In this document: piece after piece, positions 6,070 to 10,082 of the stretch
Layout: every line of letters starts with the position of its first letter
Position numbering within the stretch: position 1 is the stretch's first letter
From: Oribacterium sp.
GTDB taxonomy: Bacteria; Bacillota_I; Bacilli_A; RF39; UBA660
Direction of reading: 5' to 3'
Length of the DNA: 10,082 bases
Assembly (NCBI GenBank): GCA_963652285.1
Contig: CAVJSY010000055.1
Span: 1 to 10,082 of the forward strand
The notes under the pieces: model-generated
Told to the model about the DNA's origin: nothing
Databases searched by the model: none
Seen by the model: the letters and a program-made list of their open reading frames with translations, nothing else
Position numbers and translations under genes: made by a program

Positions 6070-6609
6070 TATCCAATGATTTCTATCCACTCTTATGTAT
6101 CTATGTCCATTCAACTCATATTCTGGATAAAGTATTTTATTATTAACTGGGTCTGTATATTTATTTCCCGTTTCTCTTAATTTGTTTTTATGATATTCAC
6201 TATCTAATATCATACATAAATTTCTTGATATTGATTTTTGTGGATAGTAACCATATTCTACTTCTAGAAAATCATTCCATGTTTTATTTATTACAAATTT
6301 ATCATTAATAGGAATATTCAATAAGGATAAAAAAGGTATCACTAAACGAGCGCCAATTACTTCTGATTTAAAATATACATTACCATCTTGTCCAAATTCA
6401 TTAACAGCAATCCCCATATCTGGTATATTATATATTGATTTTGTCCAATAGTAACCATTTGATTGATTAAGTGAATCTATCGAATATAATACATCATTTT
6501 CCTGTGCAAAATCTGTTGCTTCTGCTTTAATGTTTTTATCATCTTTAAATATCTCTAATCTATTTTCTCCAAAAATTTGTTCTTCTGTTAAAAATGTAAA
6601 ATCACTCAC
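4852..6609 (-). CDS. AAA+ ATPase (MoxR/AAA_5-like) with a divergent ~250-aa N-terminal domain; upstream tandem paralogue (copy A), first gene of the operon
   Basis: 585-aa ORF with a GTG start at 6609-6607 preceded by GGTGGAG. The start is supported because copy B begins at the homologous MSDFTFLT with an ATG. Walker A is GKPGEGKS (nt 5755-5778) and Walker B is ILFLDE. From residue 181 to 585 it is colinear with copy B with no indels and few substitutions. Confidence 0.9.
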   Translation of the reverse strand: MSDFTFLTEEQIFGENRLEIFKDDKNIKAEATDFAQENDVLYSIDSLNQSNGYYWTKSIYNIPDMGIAVNEFGQDGNVYFKSEVIGARLVIPFLSLLNIPINDKFVINKTWNDFLEVEYGYYPQKSISRNLCMILDSEYHKNKLRETGNKYTDPVNNKILYPEYELNGHRYIRVDRNHWIEVQPIKWLVDEKNKIMVTKKIQFSGVPFEESGVYEGDFENTTIKKFIDNIFAKEILQGVTLTKIKPKENQYGFTFDEVSEEDIIKGAIDSNVPVFLHGKPGEGKSSRIKQIDPNCEILSLGTLTPELLVGMGIKNNDTKVVEYAPPPWYTRLVEKCEKEPDKIHILFLDELNNASPNMQKYAFSIALDRKVNDRFELPKNVRIAAAGNEVEDSLSAYDISQPLYDRFAHVNIKTTPEQWLNWASLNNIHPSIYAFIAYGGERVLRTEVNPDKQTPTADPRKWEMASKMLYSTKNPQMLRGLIGEDLTQEFISFCMQPVITVEEVINGDYDMNDYKNLNVSESYATVVSLSQVSEEHVEIIKDFISNLGPEFVNTFYSIWAHGNKDRLEKVAELQMTSSIKKGGKR

Positions 6610-6713
6610 TTTATCTCCACCTATCTATAGTAATAATATCATATTTTCTTTATTAATTAAAGAGATTTAGAAAAATAAACTATTAAATAAATCCTTTTTT
6701 GTAAATTATATTT

Positions 6714-6741
6714 ATTATAATTATTCTTATATTTCTGTAAT
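6714..6741 (-). promoter_or_regulatory. Candidate sigma-A type promoter for the ATPase/vWA operon
   Basis: On the minus strand there is ATTACA (6741-6736), a 16-nt spacer, then a perfect TATAAT (6719-6714). A second perfect TATAAT sits at 6710-6705. In DNA this AT-rich, -10-like hexamers are common, so this is only a plausible placement within the 6610-6742 intergenic region. Confidence 0.3.
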
Positions 6742-6742
6742 A

Positions 6743-6769
6743 GAAAAAAAGACTAATTCTTTAGTCTTT
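6743..6769 (-). terminator. Rho-independent terminator after the SDR gene
   Basis: A 9-bp stem, AAAGACTAA (6748-6756) pairing with TTAGTCTTT (6761-6769), with a 4-nt loop. It starts immediately after the TAG stop at 6770-6772. On the minus transcript the 3' arm runs straight into UUUUUUUCU. Confidence 0.75.
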
Positions 6770-7549
6770 CTACACTAATGATGCTCCTCCATCTATAATT
6801 ATAAATTGTCCTTGTACATAACTAGAGGCATCTGATGATAAGTAAATAATTGTACCATTTACTTCTTCTTTATAGCCTGGTCTATTTGAAGGATTTAGTT
6901 TATTATATATATTTAAAAATTCATCTGATTTAAATAAAGTATTCTCTGTCATTTCTGTTTCAAATAGTCCTGGTCCTATTGCATTTACTGTTATTCCATA
7001 TTTAGCATAACTACATGCCATAGCTTTAGTTAAACCTAAAACTGCTGATTTAGAAGCATTATAAGAATGTCTTATAAATATATCTTCTTTATCCGCTATA
7101 ACAGCATTTACTGATGCTATATTTACTATTTTACCATAATGTTTTTCTTTCATATGTGGTACTATATATTTACTCATTAGATATATACCTTTTACATTAG
7201 TATTAAATGATTTATCCCATTCACTTTCTTCTAAGGTATCTACTCCACCTTTAATTGCTATTCCTGCATTATTTAGTAATATGTCTATATGACCAAATTT
7301 ATTTATTATTGTATTAACCGCTTCTTTTACTTCTTCTTCTTTTGTTATATCACATTTTATAGTTAGACAAGCTCTACCTATCTTTGTTATTTCTTGTTTT
7401 ACTTCTTCTAATTTTTCTAATCTTCTTGCTAGTAATACTACATCTGCTCCATAGTTTGCATAGGCAATCGCTGCTCTTTTGCCTAGTCCAGAACTAGCTC
7501 CTGTTACTACTGCTACTTTATCTTTTAAGTTAAATAAATTGTTATTCAT
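6770..7549 (-). CDS. Classical short-chain dehydrogenase/reductase (FabG / gluconate-5-dehydrogenase-like)
   Basis: 259-aa ORF carrying VTGASSGLG (TGxxxGxG), LNNAG, the catalytic YNASKSA (YxxxK) and PGLFET. The SD AAAGGAAG lies upstream of the ATG at 7549. The start overlaps the upstream stop by 8 nt (ATGAATAA). Confidence 0.9.
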   Translation of the reverse strand: MNNNLFNLKDKVAVVTGASSGLGKRAAIAYANYGADVVLLARRLEKLEEVKQEITKIGRACLTIKCDITKEEEVKEAVNTIINKFGHIDILLNNAGIAIKGGVDTLEESEWDKSFNTNVKGIYLMSKYIVPHMKEKHYGKIVNIASVNAVIADKEDIFIRHSYNASKSAVLGLTKAMACSYAKYGITVNAIGPGLFETEMTENTLFKSDEFLNIYNKLNPSNRPGYKEEVNGTIIYLSSDASSYVQGQFIIIDGGASLV

Positions 7550-8225
7550 AATTTAATCTTCCTTTCTTTAGTATTGTTATTGATATTAAAAGTGATATTA
7601 GTCCTAATAGTAGGATATAAATATTAAATTCTTTTAAGAATATTGACATTATATTTGCTGATATATGTATTAATATTGGAACTTTTATATTATTAGATTT
7701 TATATATGTTATATTTAAAATAATTCCTAGTATAAATGCATATATTATTTTTATTATATTTAGATGTATTACAGCAAAGATAATGGTTGCTACAATAAGT
7801 GATTTTAATTTACTATTAAATTTATTTAGATTATTAAATAATATATATCTAAATAATATTTCTTCTAATATTGGTCCTATAAAACCAGTAGATATTATGC
7901 TTATATATAATGGTATTGTTACTTTATTTGGTTTACTAAATAGAAATAATGTTGTATTAAATATAGTAGATAAAGATATACCTAATAATATTAAAGGATA
8001 ACATGATAAAGGGTTTATATGCTTATTTTTTATATTATATTTTTTTATTAGATATGTTATTATTAGAAGATTTATTATTGTTAATATTATACTTAATTCA
8101 TTAGAAATAAAAGATGTTAAATCTTTATTAGATACTAGATAATATATAGAAGATAAAAGTATTAGTATAATGTATTGTAATACATATACTATTAAAACTG
8201 GTTTTAATGATTTTAAATATTTCAC
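7542..8225 (-). CDS. CPBP family (CAAX protease / Abi-type) intramembrane glutamic endopeptidase
   Basis: 227-aa polytopic hydrophobic ORF with the three family motifs: EEILFR (EExxxR), FAVIHL (FxxxH) and HISAN (HxxxN). The start as tracked is GTG at 8225 with no convincing SD, so the start is less certain than the gene itself. Confidence 0.8.
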   Translation of the reverse strand: MKYLKSLKPVLIVYVLQYIILILLSSIYYLVSNKDLTSFISNELSIILTIINLLIITYLIKKYNIKNKHINPLSCYPLILLGISLSTIFNTTLFLFSKPNKVTIPLYISIISTGFIGPILEEILFRYILFNNLNKFNSKLKSLIVATIIFAVIHLNIIKIIYAFILGIILNITYIKSNNIKVPILIHISANIMSIFLKEFNIYILLLGLISLLISITILKKGRLNYE

Positions 8226-8242
8226 TTTTCATTAATAGGATA

Positions 8243-9157
8243 TTAATCTTCCCATAAGTTGTTTGGATATTCTCTATTTTCTATTAATGTATGTATTTTA
8301 TTTTCTAAGTCTTCCATATCTTCTTTGTATGTAAGTCCTGCCCAGACACTTTCTGATACAATATTTCTTAGTAACAAATTGCCATTTGCTATATTTTTCT
8401 TAACTGTATCTGGTAAAAATACTTCTTTATCTTTTAATACTTCCTTATCATTATGAATAAATTCTTTGAAGTCTATTTCTAACATATCCATAAAATTTTT
8501 TTGAAATCCAAATAAATTCATTGATACTGGATGTGTTAATTTCATATCAAATTCTTCTTTAGTGTTTAAATTAGTACAATGAGCAAGTGTTTCTTTAATT
8601 TCAATTGAACATTCTGTTATTCCTGTTACATATTTTTTATCTTCTGATAATTCTATTACTCCTCTTTTTACACTTCCAAAATTGCTACTAGTTTTGATAA
8701 ATGGATAAGATATCATTACACCTTCATGTATATTATCAGATTCTTTTAGATAGTTTGCAACTTTTTTATAAGCATCATATCCGTAGAAATCATCTGCATT
8801 TATTATTGCAAATGGTCCATTTACTAACTCTTTAGCACATAATATAGCATGTGCTGTACCAAGTGGTTTAGTTCTATCTTTTGGTACATTAGAATCAATT
8901 GGTAGATTATTTATTTCTTGATATGCATATTCTATTAATATTTTTCCATTTACTCTTTTTTCTATAGTATTTTTAAATATTTGTTCGTGTTCTTTTCTTA
9001 TTACAAATACTATTTTATTAAAACCTGCTCTTATTGCATCATAGATTGAGTAATCTATTATAAATTCTCCACTTGGGCCTATTTCAGTTATTTGTTTTGG
9101 TCCGCCAAATCTACTACCCATTCCTGCTGCCATTACTACTAATGTTAAATTTTTCAT
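8243..9157 (-). CDS. Sugar-phosphate nucleotidyltransferase-like protein (NTP_transferase fold), paralogue 2; start revised from the ORF track
   Basis: Carries the MAAGMGSRFGGPKQ glycine-rich NTP loop, KPLGTAHA and INADDFYG. The tracked ORF starts at 9205. However, AAGGAGGG lies 4 nt upstream of the internal ATG at 9157-9155. That start gives MKNLTLVVMAAG, matching MKDITLVVMAAG of the upstream paralogue and the same 304-aa length. It also removes the 38-nt overlap with the upstream gene. Confidence 0.85.
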   Translation of the reverse strand: MKNLTLVVMAAGMGSRFGGPKQITEIGPSGEFIIDYSIYDAIRAGFNKIVFVIRKEHEQIFKNTIEKRVNGKILIEYAYQEINNLPIDSNVPKDRTKPLGTAHAILCAKELVNGPFAIINADDFYGYDAYKKVANYLKESDNIHEGVMISYPFIKTSSNFGSVKRGVIELSEDKKYVTGITECSIEIKETLAHCTNLNTKEEFDMKLTHPVSMNLFGFQKNFMDMLEIDFKEFIHNDKEVLKDKEVFLPDTVKKNIANGNLLLRNIVSESVWAGLTYKEDMEDLENKIHTLIENREYPNNLWED

Positions 9158-9167
9158 TTTGCCCTCC

Positions 9168-10082
9168 TTATTTTTGCCATAAATTATCTGGATATTCTCC
9201 ATCACTAATTAATTTATTTATTGTTTCTTTTAATTTTGGTAAGTCTTCTTTATATGTTACTCCAGTCCATATTCCATTTGAAACTATATTTTTTAATTTT
9301 AATTTATTTGATTTTAAATATTTTTGGGCTGTTTCTGAAATAACTAATTCTCCTTTTAATAGTTTTTCTTCATCTTGATGGATAAATTCGTTAAAATCTT
9401 CTTCTAATAAATCTAAGAAATTTTCTTTAAAACAGAATAAATTCATTGATACTGGATGATCTAATGATATAGTAAAACTTGGGCTTCCATCTAATGGTTC
9501 ACAGTTTGCAATATTGCCATTAGTTGTTATTTTTGATTCTATTAATTCTTTAATGTAATTTCCATCTAATTCTATTACTGCTCTTTTTACGCTTCCAAAT
9601 TCACTTGCAGTAATACCATATGGATATGATATAACTGCTCCAGTATTTTCATCAGTTTCTTCTTGTAAAAACTTTACTGCTTTTTCGTAAGAGTCTCTTC
9701 CATAAAAGTCATCTGCATTTATTATTACAAATGGTCCATTAATTTTTTCTTTTGCACATAATATGGCATGATCTGTTCCCCATGGTTTTACTCTTTCTTT
9801 TGGTATTTTTACATCACTTGGAACATTTTCTAATTCTTGATATACATATTCTATTTTTATATTATTATCTTTATTAATTCTTTTATCTATAGTTTCTTTA
9901 AATACTTCTCTATGTTCTTTTTTTATAATAAATACTATTTTGTTAAATCCTGCTTTTATTGCATCATATATAGAATAGTCTATTATAAATTCTCCACTTG
10001 GGCCTACTGGTGTTATTTGTTTGGGGCCTCCAAATCTGCTACCCATTCCTGCTGCCATTACTACTAGTGTTATATCTTTCAT
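9168..10082 (-). CDS. Sugar-phosphate nucleotidyltransferase-like protein (NTP_transferase fold), paralogue 1
   Basis: 304-aa ORF whose ATG sits exactly at the window edge. Motifs are MAAGMGSRFGGPKQ, KPWGTDHA and INADDFYG. It is colinear with the downstream paralogue along its whole length. Substrate specificity cannot be read from the sequence. Confidence 0.85.
   Translation of the reverse strand: MKDITLVVMAAGMGSRFGGPKQITPVGPSGEFIIDYSIYDAIKAGFNKIVFIIKKEHREVFKETIDKRINKDNNIKIEYVYQELENVPSDVKIPKERVKPWGTDHAILCAKEKINGPFVIINADDFYGRDSYEKAVKFLQEETDENTGAVISYPYGITASEFGSVKRAVIELDGNYIKELIESKITTNGNIANCEPLDGSPSFTISLDHPVSMNLFCFKENFLDLLEEDFNEFIHQDEEKLLKGELVISETAQKYLKSNKLKLKNIVSNGIWTGVTYKEDLPKLKETINKLISDGEYPDNLWQK

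Noticed and set aside
3093-6609. The 1759-bp periodic repeat as a CRISPR array, IS element or other mobile repeat
   Set aside because: There are only two copies. Each is a full-length intact protein-coding gene with AAA+ motifs. There are no short repeat-spacer units, no terminal inverted repeats and no transposase.
8230-8232. ATG just upstream of the CPBP gene as an alternative start
   Set aside because: It is out of frame with the CPBP ORF (7 nt from the GTG at 8225) and opens only a short reading frame that soon hits a stop.
9158-9205. 16-codon N-terminal extension (MMENIQIIYGKNKEGK) of the second nucleotidyltransferase as drawn in the ORF track
   Set aside because: The extension would overlap the upstream gene by 38 nt and has no SD. 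The internal ATG at 9157 has AAGGAGGG upstream and reproduces the paralogue's N-terminus and length.
7783-10067. Plus-strand ORFs 7783-8001, 8259-8456, 9073-9378 and 9837-10067
   Set aside because: For the same reason: they are antisense shadows of the CPBP and nucleotidyltransferase genes, with no independent support.
1-10082. The whole window as a prophage or integrative element
   Set aside because: There is no integrase, recombinase, transposase, or capsid/tail/portal-like ORF, and no tRNA that could serve as an att site. Base composition looks uniform by eye across the window.

Overview
Very AT-rich window (roughly a quarter G+C by eye), Firmicutes/Clostridia-like, with every credible gene on the minus strand. 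All family calls come from motifs read by eye; no searches were run. In transcription order (high to low coordinates):
- Two tandem paralogous sugar-phosphate nucleotidyltransferase-like genes (10082-9168 and 9157-8243).
- A CPBP/CAAX-type intramembrane protease gene (8225-7542) overlapping a classical SDR oxidoreductase gene (7549-6770) by 8 nt.
- A textbook hairpin terminator (6743-6769).
- A self-contained, translationally coupled four-gene operon (6609-1414).
- A second hairpin terminator (1322-1380).
- The first 390 codons of a DnaD/DnaB_2-type replication-initiation/helicase-loader gene (1171-1). This gene is open to the window edge and missing from the supplied ORF track.

The operon is the standout. 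It encodes:
- Two 585-aa AAA+ (MoxR/AAA_5-like) ATPases in exact tandem, 1759 bp apart. Their ATPase halves are near-identical, including a 603-bp block with no mismatches by eye. Residues ~36-180 of their N-terminal domains are strongly diverged.
- A 131-aa protein that aligns to the ATPase core but has lost Walker A and the Walker B glutamate.
- A 424-aa fusion of an HExxHxxxxH zincin peptidase domain and a vWA/MIDAS domain (DUF2201-type).

I read this as a candidate, apparently uncharacterised MoxR-vWA-peptidase system with a diversifying sensor-like domain, possibly acting in conflict or defence. No rRNA, tRNA, CRISPR array, transposase or integrase was seen. All plus-strand ORFs in the track look like antisense shadow ORFs.
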